64,000 nucleotides of DNA from Candidatus Poribacteria bacterium (lineage in GTDB: Bacteria; Poribacteria; WGA-4E; WGA-3G): the NCBI GenBank assembly GCA_965242965.1, contig OZ251518.1, positions 3,008,001-3,072,000 on the forward strand, in the 5' to 3' direction. Position numbers and translations under genes: made by a program. The number at the start of each line of letters is the position of its first letter. Within the stretch, counting starts at the first letter, position 1. Positions 1 through 9,528 of the stretch are shown one piece after another. The notes below the pieces were generated by a model. That model worked only from the letters and a program-made list of their open reading frames with translations. It made no database searches and had not been told where the DNA came from.

Positions 1-146
1 TTGAGGATACGATGATTAACGCGTATCATGAAATTCGTGAAACGCACAAGCAACGCTGTCCTGCCGAAGATCTTCGCACGGCTTCGTTTATTACCGCCAT
101 CGATAAAATTGCGGCGGCGTTTCGGCAATCGGGTGTTTTTCCCTAA
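1..146 (+). CDS. C-terminal end of a Glu/Leu/Phe/Val dehydrogenase (glutamate dehydrogenase-like), truncated by window edge
   Basis: Frame from position 3 reads EDTMINAYHEIRETHKQRCPAEDLRTASFITAIDKIAAAFRQSGVFP*. This matches the typical GDH C-terminus (LEDTM...DLRTAA...AIDKI...GIFP). Confidence 0.75.
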   Translation, partial: EDTMINAYHEIRETHKQRCPAEDLRTASFITAIDKIAAAFRQSGVFP

Positions 147-158
147 ATCGCAGTTACG

Positions 159-820
159 TGAGGGTGTTTCATAATCGTCCGCGTAATCCAACGCTCGCGG
201 GGGACAGGCCCCCGCGCTACGGTAAAAAAACGGCTTCCCTTCATCGTAGGGCGAGGGCCTGTCCCTCGCCGTGCCCGGATCCTATAAAAGACCGTAGTTC
301 GGGAGCACCTGCTCCCGAACGGATCAAGAGTAGGTGCTCTTGACCTACAGAGGGGCCCGTCTAACCGTAGGGCGAGGGCCTGTCCCTCGCCATGCCACGA
401 TCGCGGGGGAAACCCGCTCGGATGCGCGGATGGCATCCGAGGGCCCCCGCGCTACGGTGAAAAAACGTCTCTTAGGTCCGTAGGACCTTAATGTCTATAG
501 CACGCGCGCCTGCCAAGAAGAACCCTAAGGTCCTTTAGGTCCTTAATAGCCTTTGAAATGCGGCGTGTTTTTTATTAAGGACCTAAAGGACCTTGAAAAG
601 GAGTCGACACGTTTTTCTATAGACATGTAAGTCCTAAAGGACCTAAGAGGCCCTCTTGCCGACAGGCATCGTGGGGGACAGGCCCCGCGCTACGTTGAAG
701 CGAGACCGTAGTTCGGGAGCGCCTGCTCCCGAACGGGTCAGGATCAGGCGATCCTGACCTACAGAAGTAAGGCGGTCTGCCCGCCAAACGCATGGCGAGG
801 GCCTGTCCCTCGCCCTACGT
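159..820. repeat. Composite palindromic repeat cassette: TGAGGGTGTTTCATA end, several GTAG hairpins, CTATAG foldback
   Basis: Contains repeated cgcgggggacaggcccccgcgctac / gtagggcgagggcctgtccctcgcc and gtagttcgggagc..gctcccgaac units. The foldback lies at 471-648. The same units recur across the window. Confidence 0.9.
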
Positions 821-858
821 AATTTGAATTTAGTATAACAGACTAACAGGAGAAAAAA

Positions 859-1608
859 ATGATTGCATTAAGCGTCAACGTCAACAAAATCGCCACATTG
901 CGAAATTCGCGTGGCGGCACCATTCCAAATCTCATCAAAGCGGTAGATACCTGTATCGCCGCCGGGGCGCAAGGCATCACAGTGCATCCTCGTGAAGACC
1001 AGCGTCACATTACACCGGCAGATGTTAACGACATCGCTGCGCATTTGCATCAAAACGCCTCGCGCAAAACGAAAAACATAGAATATAACATTGAAGGTGA
1101 CCCGAGGCCAGACCTGGTTGACATGGTGCTCCGCACTCGGCCGACGCAATGCACCCTTGTCCCTGTCGTCACCGGCGAGATTACGAGCCATACCGTTTGG
1201 GATATCCGCAAAGATGGCGACATGCTGAAACCTATCATCGCCTCGCTGCAGGATGCTGGCATCCGCGTCAGTCTGTTTAGCGGCACAGATTGCGAGCAGA
1301 TTGCCATGACGCGCGATATTGGCGCGGACAGAATCGAACTCTACACCGCTCCTTACGCGATGGCGAAAACGGCAGCCGATATTGAACGTGAGTTGGGGCT
1401 GCTTGTCACGGCGGCGGAGAAAGCGTCCAGCCTTGGCATGGGAGTCAACGCTGGGCACGATCTGGATTTAGACAACCTGCCGCGGATGCAGAAGGTGCCG
1501 GGGCTATTAGAGGTATCCATCGGGCACCATTTAATGGCGGACGCACTCTATATCGGGATGGCGGCGGCGGTGAAGGCGTATCGCGCCGCATTAGGACAAA
1601 AAGTATGA
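859..1608 (+). CDS. pdxJ: Pyridoxine 5'-phosphate synthase
   Basis: LSVNVNKIATLRNSRG, GITVHPREDQRHI, NIEG, IELYT, VNAGHDL and EVSIGHHL motifs. AGGAG RBS upstream. Confidence 0.95.
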   Translation: MIALSVNVNKIATLRNSRGGTIPNLIKAVDTCIAAGAQGITVHPREDQRHITPADVNDIAAHLHQNASRKTKNIEYNIEGDPRPDLVDMVLRTRPTQCTLVPVVTGEITSHTVWDIRKDGDMLKPIIASLQDAGIRVSLFSGTDCEQIAMTRDIGADRIELYTAPYAMAKTAADIERELGLLVTAAEKASSLGMGVNAGHDLDLDNLPRMQKVPGLLEVSIGHHLMADALYIGMAAAVKAYRAALGQKV

Positions 1609-2264
1609 CAAAAACGTGTGCGGTGTTCGACCTGGATGGAACCATCATCCGCCGTTCTTCGGAGCAAGTTTTCCTGACAGCCCTCTTAGCGCGCGGCGAA
1701 ATCCCGATTCCGAATCTGATGGCGTGGACAGCCAATTTCTTGAAGGTGCGTCAGTTGTCGGAAGCGAAGTCCAACAAGGTATATCTCCGCGGATTAGAAG
1801 AAACGCATCTCCGCGACATCGCGCGGTGCTGTTTTGTGGAATCGCTTCGGGCTAGCATTTCGCCGCGCATACCCGAATTAATGCGCTTCCACCGCGAACA
1901 AGGCAGGACAATGGTGCTGATGTCCGGTTCCTTGGAACTTCTCGTCAAACCATTTCATGAGCATTTCCAAACCGACATGATGGTAGCCCATAAATTGGAA
2001 GTAGTGGACGGCAGGTTGACAGGCAATCGGGTTGGGTTGCATCCTTACGCCGAAAACAAAGGGACACTCGCACTGCAGTTGGCGGCGGCGCACGGGTTTG
2101 ACTTGGCAGGTTCTTACGCCTACGGCAATCATCACACCGATGTGCATAAATTGGCACTCTTCGGGCATCCTGTCGCCGTGAATCCAGACCGGCGGTTGCA
2201 GCGCATCGCCACCAAAAGAGGCTGGGAAATCCAACAGTTTCATGGCGAGTTCGGGCAACAGTAA
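1605..2264 (+). CDS. HAD-IB family hydrolase (SerB-like)
   Basis: FDLDGT motif I, SGS motif II, AYGN...D and AVNPD. Overlaps the pdxJ stop (ATGA). Confidence 0.85.
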   Translation: MTKTCAVFDLDGTIIRRSSEQVFLTALLARGEIPIPNLMAWTANFLKVRQLSEAKSNKVYLRGLEETHLRDIARCCFVESLRASISPRIPELMRFHREQGRTMVLMSGSLELLVKPFHEHFQTDMMVAHKLEVVDGRLTGNRVGLHPYAENKGTLALQLAAAHGFDLAGSYAYGNHHTDVHKLALFGHPVAVNPDRRLQRIATKRGWEIQQFHGEFGQQ

Positions 2265-2272
2265 GGACGGAT

Positions 2273-2468
2273 GGTAGGAGAGACCTCCCGGTCTCGATTT
2301 CACCGTAGGGCGAGGGCCTGTCCCTCGCCATGCGGCGATCGCGGGGGACAGGCCCCCGCGCTACGGTATGCAAGGCCGCCTCCTTTCACCGTAGGGCCCC
2401 CGCGCTACGGGAACATCGAGCCCCGAGGTCTCTCCCACCGGGAAGCCATTGAGATATGAAACACCTTT
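2273..2468. repeat. REP-like hairpin cluster with degenerate TATGAAACACC end
   Basis: gtaggagagacctcccggtctcgat, gtagggcgagggcctgtccctcgcc and cgcgggggacaggcccccgcgctac units. Confidence 0.85.
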
Positions 2469-2484
2469 CACGAATAACAAAACA

Positions 2485-3216
2485 ATGCGGCTAGAAAAAT
2501 ATATCGCCACAGCAGGCATCGCCTCGCGGCGGGCAGCGAAGAAAGCCATCCATGAAGGACGCGTCACCGTCAACGGCGCGCCGGTTTTCGTGCCGGGACA
2601 TCCCATTGACACGAACGCCGATTGCATTGTATATGATGGAAAACGCGTCACCTGCACAGCCGAACGCCTCTATGTGATTCTCCATAAACCAGCAGGCTAT
2701 CTGACGACGCGTCGAGACGAGCGAGGCCGCCCGACTGTCATGGATTTAGTCCAAGACATCTCTGAAAATATCTATCCAGTCGGCCGTTTGGATTTAGAGA
2801 CAGAGGGGCTGCTGCTGTTGACAAACGATGGCGATTTCGCCTATCGGTTGACGCATCCAAGTCACGAAATACCGAAAACCTATCTGGTGTGGGTTGATGG
2901 TGTTCCGAGTGAAAAGGCACTCCGACAGCTGCGTGAAGGCATCACGATTCCCAGTGGGAAAACTGCACCGGCAACGGTGTCGCGCTTAGGAGTTCGCGCC
3001 GATACTGATGGAATGGGTTCGCAGTTCAAGATGATTCTCCATGAAGGGAAGAAACGGCAGGTGCGCCTGATGTTTAAAGCAATAGGGCACCGCGTTGTCC
3101 GCTTAAAGCGAATTCAGGTGGGTGCATTAAGACTGGGCAATCTGCCGCCGGGGCAGCATCGATTGCTGTCCCCAGCGGAAGTTGCCGGTTTGGGACATGA
3201 TGATAACGAAATGTGA
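2485..3216 (+). CDS. rRNA pseudouridine synthase, RsuA/RluB family with S4 domain
   Basis: MRLEKYIA..GIASRR S4 start, HKPAGY, catalytic motif YPVGRLD.ETEGLLLLTNDG, EGKKRQVR. Confidence 0.9.
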   Translation: MRLEKYIATAGIASRRAAKKAIHEGRVTVNGAPVFVPGHPIDTNADCIVYDGKRVTCTAERLYVILHKPAGYLTTRRDERGRPTVMDLVQDISENIYPVGRLDLETEGLLLLTNDGDFAYRLTHPSHEIPKTYLVWVDGVPSEKALRQLREGITIPSGKTAPATVSRLGVRADTDGMGSQFKMILHEGKKRQVRLMFKAIGHRVVRLKRIQVGALRLGNLPPGQHRLLSPAEVAGLGHDDNEM

Positions 3217-3282
3217 GGGCGGCAATGAAAATCCACCCTCACAAACCGATAACTCGGTAGGCGCGGTTGCAAACCGCACCGA

Positions 3283-4185
3283 CTAATGCCTGTGTTGGCT
3301 CAAATGCCGCACTTGTGCAAGCTGAGATTCCGCAGCCATCCGAATGTTGTCGTCGGTAGCGTGCTGCACCAGTTTCTCAAGCACCTCGATGGATGCGTCA
3401 TACTTTTCTTGGATGGCATACACCATGCCGAGATAGAACTGAGCCGGCTCATACTCATCGCTTTCCCGGTAGGAGTCGATGACGGTGCAGAGATGCATGA
3501 CAGCCTTGTCACGATACGCTTCCGCGTTTTCGTCTTCGGCCGGTGTCATGCCGTAGGCGGTGCCCAAAGCGGTGTGCAGTTTGGGCAGGAGTCCCGTCGT
3601 ATTGTCCACGTCACCTTTAAGCGTTTTCGCGCTGAACGGAATCGCCTTTTCCAGCTGCTGCCTCTCCAGATAAGCAAGCGCGACTTCGCCGTTCAGTTTA
3701 GCATCGTCGGGCATCTCCTTCAGTTTCGCCAATTGTTCTTGGAACGCCGCTTCGACTTGCAAAGCATTTTCCATTACCGGCGCGAATCGTTCCGGCGGGA
3801 GGAATCCAATGCTTTCGCCGATGAAGCCGCCATCCTTGCTAAGGAACGTGATTGTCGGGATGCTTCTAATCCCCCACCGTCTCGCGGCATCCTGAGCCTC
3901 CATATCGTCCCTATCACTCAGATTGACTTTGACAGGCACGAACTTTCCAGCGATGGCGGCGATGTTTGCGTCAGTGAACGTTTCGGCATCCAGCCGAGCA
4001 CACGCGCCTCACGTATCGGTGTAGAAGTCCAGCATGAGCGGTTTGTCGGCTTTCGCCGCGGCTTTCATCCCTTCTTCAATTGACTTCCCCCACTCGATTT
4101 CCGCGTCGGCGATGTGCGCAGGAATTGCGACTGCCATCAGCAAAACTATCGCGAGTGAGAGGCGAGACAAAACAGAGTTAAACAT
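3283..4185 (-). CDS. Exported thioredoxin-like + TPR protein, probable selenoprotein (UxxC)
   Basis: ORFs 4009..4227 and 3283..3939 are in the same frame, separated by one TGA (4009-4011). Read-through gives DFYTDT-U-GAC-ARLDAETF...FVPVKVN...IPTITFL, with a signal peptide and C-terminal TPR-like helices. Confidence 0.8.
3983..3997 (-). promoter_or_regulatory. Putative bacterial SECIS hairpin
   Basis: TCGGC-TGGAT-GCCGA stem-loop begins 11 nt downstream of the in-frame UGA, with G in the apical loop. Confidence 0.6.
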
Positions 4186-4261
4186 TTCTTTTCTCCTTTT
4201 GGGGTAGAACGAACCTAAGGTTCGCATTTCCCGTTCGTCTTTCGGGTTAGTTAATTCTCGG

Positions 4262-4736
4262 TTGATTCATAAATCTCTCAACGTCGCGGTGACATGCCCC
4301 GCGATGCAGTGAAAAAACGCCGTCCCTTCACGTAGGGCGAGGGCCTGTCCCTCGCCATGCTGCGATCGCGGGTGCGGCGTTCAATGCCCAGGGATTTCTT
4401 TTGAATCGGCCTGTCCCTCGCCATGCAGCGATCGCGGGGGACAGGCCCCCGCGCTACGGTAAAAAACGACACGTCACCGTAAGGCTTGGGCCCTCGGATG
4501 CCCTACGCGCATGCGAGCAGGTTCCCCTCGCCATCGTTCGATCGCCCCGCTGCACCGCTATCTGTAGGTCAGGATCGCCTGATCCTGACCTGTTTGTGAT
4601 CAGGCGATCACAAACTACAGAGAGGAAACACACATCGTGACGATGGACAACGCGGGGGACAGGCCCCCGCGCTACGGGAACATCGAGACCAGGAGGTCTC
4701 TCCTACGGTATTGCATCGAAATATGAAACACCCTCA
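4262..4736. repeat. Composite REP cassette ending in TATGAAACACCCTCA
   Basis: Several GTAG hairpin families. Degenerate left end ttgattcataaatctctcaacgtcgcgg; right end at 4722-4736. Confidence 0.85.
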
Positions 4737-4737
4737 C

Positions 4738-4953
4738 TTAATTCTCGATTGATTCCTCAAGCACCGACGCGCTGGTAGTTTTGCTTGACAGCGTTGTCCG
4801 ACACTTGAGACAGGTTACGATTGTCTTGACCAGGGTTTTCTGTCTACCAACGTGGGACTGCTTCTGCTCAGTCAATACATACCGTTGGCAGCGCGGACAC
4901 CACTGTTGTTTTGTTGCTAACACGGGACACACTCCTCGGATACCCAATTGCAT
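4738..4953 (-). CDS. Small putative zinc-ribbon protein
   Basis: Two CxxC pairs (CPRC, CLKC). Co-oriented downstream of mnmE. Start uncertain. Confidence 0.5.
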   Translation of the reverse strand: MQLGIRGVCPVLATKQQWCPRCQRYVLTEQKQSHVGRQKTLVKTIVTCLKCRTTLSSKTTSASVLEESIEN

Positions 4954-5073
4954 ATCAAACGGTATAGAGTATCGTCTTTAAACACACCTTACGCCGATAA
5001 AAGTTCCAATTTTCTTATTTTCCAGCCACCCCTCGGAAACCCTAACCGAACGCTTGGCGACAGTCCGAAAAAA

Positions 5074-6546
5074 TCATTTGCCGATGCAAAACTGCGAGAA
5101 AATCCTATCCAAAATATCTTCCGTTGTCGTTTTTCCGACGATGTCGCCGAGGGCATCGAGGCTAATGTGTAAATCGACTGCAACCAACTCTGGCGGCATC
5201 GCGTTCGTCAAACTCTCTATTGCATCGTTCAGAGCCGCATTAGCACGCCGCAGCGCGTCTTGATGCCGCGCATTGGTGACAATCGGGGAGTCGCCCGTTA
5301 CAAATGCGTCGCCGAGCAATTCCTCACGCATAGCAGTTTTCAACGCCTCTAACCCTTTGCCTTCCGGAATAGCAGTCTGCACAACCCGTTTGTTCAAGCA
5401 ATGGGCCCACAAGGCATCGGGAGGCGTGACGATAGGCAAATCCGTTTTATTTAAGATTAAAAGTGCCTTATGCGAATTCGCCGTTTCCAAGAGTTCCACA
5501 TCTGCTTCCGTTAACGCTTGCGAAGCATCGAACATCAGTAACAGGAATTCCGCTTTATCAATAACCGCCTTGCTTCGGAGCACGCCTTGCCGTTCGATGA
5601 TGTCCGATGTCTCTCGGATGCCGGCGGTATCAATGAGGTGCATCGGAATACCGCCAAGATTAATTGTCTCCTCAATCGTATCGCGCGTGGTGCCGGGGAT
5701 GTCAGTGACAATCGCGCGCTCACGCTGCACAAGAGCATTGAGCAGACTCGATTTGCCGACGTTCGGTTTGCCGAGAATGGCGACGGTGATGCCCTCCTTG
5801 ATAAGTCGTCCTTCTTCGGCAGTGGAAAGCAGGCGTGTTAAGTCTGCCTGAATGGCGCGCGCCGTTTGATGTTGCACCTCCACCTTCATGAAATCCAATT
5901 CTTCCTCCGGGAAGTCAATCGAGGCTTCGATTTCTGCCAATAATCCTGCTATTGTGTCGCTGAGGTGATTAACGTTTTCCGAGAGTTTACCTTCTAGCGC
6001 GTTGAGCGCGATTTTCCTGCTGAGTTCTGTCTTTGAACCGATGAGTTCCGCGACAGCCTCTGCTTGCGCCAGATCGAGTCGGCCGTTGAGGAAAGCACGT
6101 TTCGTAAATTCTCCCGGTTCAGCGAGGCGTGCGCCCGCCTTCACGACGACTTCCAGCACGGCTGTGAGAGAGACAATCCCGCCGTGGCAATTGAATTCGA
6201 CGATGTCCTCGGTGGTGTAAGTTTTCGGGGCGCGCATGATGCCGAGCAGAACTTCGTCAATCTGTTCAGACTGTTCAGAGTCCCTCGGTTGAGCCTCCCT
6301 TTTTTTACCCGTTTTTTTACCGGCGCGCCCTGACGTGTCAGCTGACGTATCCCCTGCAGGCAAAAGCCTGACAACGTGTCCGTATGTCAGCGTATGCGTT
6401 GGCAGTTCGGCGAGTGAAACGCCGCGCGGGGAGCGAAACACCTGACAGGCAATCTCAATGGCGCGCGCACCGCTGACTCGGACGATGCCGATGCCGCCTT
6501 CACCGCGCGGCGTTGCGATGGCTGCAATAGTATCGTCAAATCCCAT
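5074..6546 (-). CDS. mnmE: tRNA modification GTPase MnmE (TrmE)
   Basis: DTIAAIATPRGEGGIGIVRVSG, EFTKRAFLNGRLDL, GKPNVGKSSL, GTTRD, DTAG, NKTD and the terminal FCIGK. Confidence 0.97.
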   Translation of the reverse strand: MGFDDTIAAIATPRGEGGIGIVRVSGARAIEIACQVFRSPRGVSLAELPTHTLTYGHVVRLLPAGDTSADTSGRAGKKTGKKREAQPRDSEQSEQIDEVLLGIMRAPKTYTTEDIVEFNCHGGIVSLTAVLEVVVKAGARLAEPGEFTKRAFLNGRLDLAQAEAVAELIGSKTELSRKIALNALEGKLSENVNHLSDTIAGLLAEIEASIDFPEEELDFMKVEVQHQTARAIQADLTRLLSTAEEGRLIKEGITVAILGKPNVGKSSLLNALVQRERAIVTDIPGTTRDTIEETINLGGIPMHLIDTAGIRETSDIIERQGVLRSKAVIDKAEFLLLMFDASQALTEADVELLETANSHKALLILNKTDLPIVTPPDALWAHCLNKRVVQTAIPEGKGLEALKTAMREELLGDAFVTGDSPIVTNARHQDALRRANAALNDAIESLTNAMPPELVAVDLHISLDALGDIVGKTTTEDILDRIFSQFCIGK

Positions 6547-6587
6547 AACGCAGTCCATAACCCATGAAAAAAACGTCTTCCTTTCAC

Positions 6588-7016
6588 CGTAGCGCGAGGG
6601 CCTGTCCCTCGCGAGTGCTCGCGCTACGGAAAAAACGTCTCTTGTTCTCTTCAGGTCCTTTAGGTCCTGAATGTCTATAGCACGCGCGCCGCCGAAGAAC
6701 GCTAAGGTCCTTTAGGTCCTTAATATGCTTTGCCATGCTGCGCGTTTTTTATTAAGGACCTAAAGGACCTTGACATGGGACCGGCACGTTTTTCTATAGA
6801 CATGTAGGTCCTAAAGGACCTAAGAACGATGCATCCGAAAAAACGGCGTGCGTTCCCGTAGGGCGAGGGCCTGTCCCTCGCCATCGTTCATGCACGCGCA
6901 CCCCAACGCTCGCGGGGGACAGGCCCCCGCGCTACGGATGGATAAAAGCCCTAGGGGATGCATCGAGACCGGGAGGTCTCTCCTACCCAGAGGCATCGAA
7001 ATATGAAACACCCTCA
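6588..7016. repeat. Composite REP cassette with CTATAG foldback and TATGAAACACCCTCA end
   Basis: The foldback at 6651-6824 is nearly collinear with 471-648. The end motif at 7002-7016 abuts the jag stop codon. Confidence 0.9.
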
Positions 7017-7655
7017 CTAAGGTTCCTCTGTTGTAACGACAACGCGGCGCGTATCGCCTTCCCCTTGGCTGTAAGTATGCACGACGGTGTCGGTTTTCAA
7101 GGTAATATGAATGATGCGCCGGTCGCGGGGGGACATCGGTGCGAGGACGACTTCGCGCCCGGTATGCCGTACCTTCGCCGCCACCTGATGCGCGAGCTCC
7201 ACGAGGGACTGTTCCCGGCGCACACGGTAACCCGCCGCGTCAATAAAAACGCGGTTTTTGACATCCGGTGCTTTGTTGAGGATGCAGTTGAGCAAGCGTT
7301 CAATGGCATCCAGCGTCTGTCCATGTCTCCCGATGAGCAGAGCCGGCACATCGGTGTGCATGTTGAGGTGCATGTTCCCATCAATCTCTTCCGGTTCAAT
7401 ATCCGCATCGATGCCCATCCGGTTCAGCAGCCCCCTCAGAATAGCATCAGGAGCGGAGGCGACATCTTCGCGGCGTGTAAGACGGACTCTCGCCGGCTTG
7501 GAGCCAAATTTCAGGATGCCCTTCGTCGGTTCGCTCAGGATGTCAATCGTGACTTCGTCGCGCGTCACATTCAACTCGGTGAGGGCACGTTCGATCGCCT
7601 CATCGACAGTCGTGCCCTCGGTTTCAATATAGTTGTGCCCCGTATAATTTTGCAC
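7017..7655 (-). CDS. jag: RNA-binding protein Jag/EloR (Jag_N, KH, R3H)
   Basis: EG.TVDEAIE.AL, KH motif LIGRHGQTLDAI, R3H motif PMSPRDRRIIH. Lies between yidC and mnmE. Confidence 0.93.
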   Translation of the reverse strand: MQNYTGHNYIETEGTTVDEAIERALTELNVTRDEVTIDILSEPTKGILKFGSKPARVRLTRREDVASAPDAILRGLLNRMGIDADIEPEEIDGNMHLNMHTDVPALLIGRHGQTLDAIERLLNCILNKAPDVKNRVFIDAAGYRVRREQSLVELAHQVAAKVRHTGREVVLAPMSPRDRRIIHITLKTDTVVHTYSQGEGDTRRVVVTTEEP

Positions 7656-7669
7656 AGCGAGGTTCTCCT

Positions 7670-9508
7670 TTAATTCCGCTTCCGTTTTGAAGCGTTAGCT
7701 CTTCTGTTTGATGCGGGTGCCGGTTGCACCTCGTCGTCTGAATACCGCGTCTGTAGATATTGCTGCGCCATCGTAAAGACATTATTGCACAGCCAGTATA
7801 ACACAAATCCGGATGCCCAATTGTAAAAGAGGAAGACGAAGATGAGCGGCATGAACTGCATCAATTTCGCCTGCATATTATCCCCGGTCGGTGCAGGTGT
7901 CATCCCCGCGCCTACTTTCTGTTGGAGCCAGGTCGTCAGCCCGTTCAGCAGCGGCAGGAACCGGACAGCATCGATTTCCGTGAAAATCAGCGGTATCGTA
8001 AACGGGAGCTCAAATAAGACATCGGGTGCAGACAAATCGTCTATCCAGAGCATAAACGGCGCGCCGCGTAATTCAACCGCACTGCCCAAGAGCGAGAAGA
8101 GTGCCCAGAATATTGGAAGTTGCGGGAGCATCGGCATACAGCCGCCTAACGGGTTCACCCCTTCCTCTTTATAGAGCCGCATCGTGGCCCTGTTCAGTTT
8201 CTGCGGGTCATCCCGGTATTTCTCCTTGAGTTCAGCGAGCTGCGGTTGCAGACTCTGCATCCTCTTCATTGAGACATGCGCCTTACGCGTCAGCGGATAG
8301 GAGGCGACTTTCATCAGCGCGGTCAGCAGGATAATCGCGATGCCGTAATTTTGAAAGACGGCGTGCAAACCTTCAAAAATCCAAAGCATCCCCCAGGCAA
8401 CAATCCCAAAAAACCCGAAATCAATGATTTCAGATAGGCGCACCGATTTGTCCGGTGCGTTAGGTGCCGTTACCTGTTTCAGGAGCGCGTCGTCCTTCGG
8501 GCCGACATAGAGCCGGAAAGCGTGCGTCGTCTCTTGCTGAGAGGCGAGTTGAAACCGCGGGATAGCTAACACAGCTGTCTCTGTCGGTGCCGCGGTCTGG
8601 ATGTCGTTCTTATCCGCCGCTTTAGAGGCATCCAACAGGTATGTTGCTTCCAACCCCGGGTCTGGAATCATAACAGCACTGAAGTATTGGCTATCCAGAG
8701 CCGCCCAGAGGACTGTAGATAATGCCCGGTCCTCCTTAAGTTCGCGCGTCGGATTTCCTTCGTCAAGGATAGTCTTCGCTCCCTCCTTGCCGTGTCTGCC
8801 ACGTTTCCCGCTCTTTTTTTCGTGTTGCAGTAAATCCGCATTAATGCCCGCGCCCCAGCGGAGTTGATAGCCGCTCCCCGGTTCCGCACTCCCCATGAGC
8901 AGCGGTGCATCCGAGACGTTCCGGAACGTCAAATCCAGCTCTACCGTATAGGTATCCGGATGAAAAGTGAACTGCTTTGCGACATGCAACTGCTCGCCGA
9001 TTGTCGTCGTGAAGGTGAGCGTTTCCGAGCCCGCGGCGTTCGCGATGTCGATTTCCGATTTATCCGCCTGCCATGTAGCGCGGAGTAAGTCCAATTGCAG
9101 TTGTGCATTCCCGAACCGCAGCGCGAGGCAGTTGAGTGCATCCGCCGGTATCAGGTTCAACGGAGCCTCAGTTGTGCCAGACCGGTCGGCGAAGTGTGTC
9201 AGTTCCCACTGCTTTGCAATCGCGAATTTTTCGTTAAAAGTGACGTGATAATTGCCTGTCTTGACCTGGACCTTCGCGTCATCAGGACTCTCCTGAATCG
9301 GCGTGAAAACGTCGGGACTCAACGGTGGCGTTTCCACGCTTTCCATCGGGGCCATCGGCGGTGTGCCTTCCTGTGTGTCAGATTTTTCGGTTTGTTCGGT
9401 AGTTGCCGGTTCTTCAGGTTGCGGTGCAAAACGGTTGCCGAACAGCAAGCTCCACGTGAGCATGACTGCAATCATCAGAACCATAGCAAGAATGTAACGT
9501 GCTCCCAT
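7670..9508 (-). CDS. yidC: Membrane protein insertase YidC
   Basis: YVGPK, NYGIAIILLT, SMKRMQ.LQP, GVNPLGGC.PML.QLPIF, LWIDDLSAPD, LYW..NN. Confidence 0.96.
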   Translation of the reverse strand: MGARYILAMVLMIAVMLTWSLLFGNRFAPQPEEPATTEQTEKSDTQEGTPPMAPMESVETPPLSPDVFTPIQESPDDAKVQVKTGNYHVTFNEKFAIAKQWELTHFADRSGTTEAPLNLIPADALNCLALRFGNAQLQLDLLRATWQADKSEIDIANAAGSETLTFTTTIGEQLHVAKQFTFHPDTYTVELDLTFRNVSDAPLLMGSAEPGSGYQLRWGAGINADLLQHEKKSGKRGRHGKEGAKTILDEGNPTRELKEDRALSTVLWAALDSQYFSAVMIPDPGLEATYLLDASKAADKNDIQTAAPTETAVLAIPRFQLASQQETTHAFRLYVGPKDDALLKQVTAPNAPDKSVRLSEIIDFGFFGIVAWGMLWIFEGLHAVFQNYGIAIILLTALMKVASYPLTRKAHVSMKRMQSLQPQLAELKEKYRDDPQKLNRATMRLYKEEGVNPLGGCMPMLPQLPIFWALFSLLGSAVELRGAPFMLWIDDLSAPDVLFELPFTIPLIFTEIDAVRFLPLLNGLTTWLQQKVGAGMTPAPTGDNMQAKLMQFMPLIFVFLFYNWASGFVLYWLCNNVFTMAQQYLQTRYSDDEVQPAPASNRRANASKRKRN

Positions 9509-9528
9509 TGCGTTAAAGTGCTCCTCTT

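Noticed and set aside
143-436. Short ORFs in intergenic repeat cassettes (also 4278, 4401, 6820, 10254-10746, 15432, 19878-20280, 21247, 25434, 32535, 57760, 61368)
   Set aside because: They are translations of palindromic repeats ([22 protein letters not shown] peptides) with no independent coding evidence.
4009-4011. Pseudogene interpretation of the split thioredoxin
   Set aside because: The stop is a TGA exactly at the catalytic Cys position with a suitably placed hairpin, so selenocysteine is the better explanation, though unproven.
3286-4083. Long antisense ORFs (e.g. 3286..4083, 13187..14356, 24773..25546, 34791..35606, 58477..59571)
   Set aside because: They are shadow frames opposite well-supported genes in GC-rich DNA, with no recognisable motifs.
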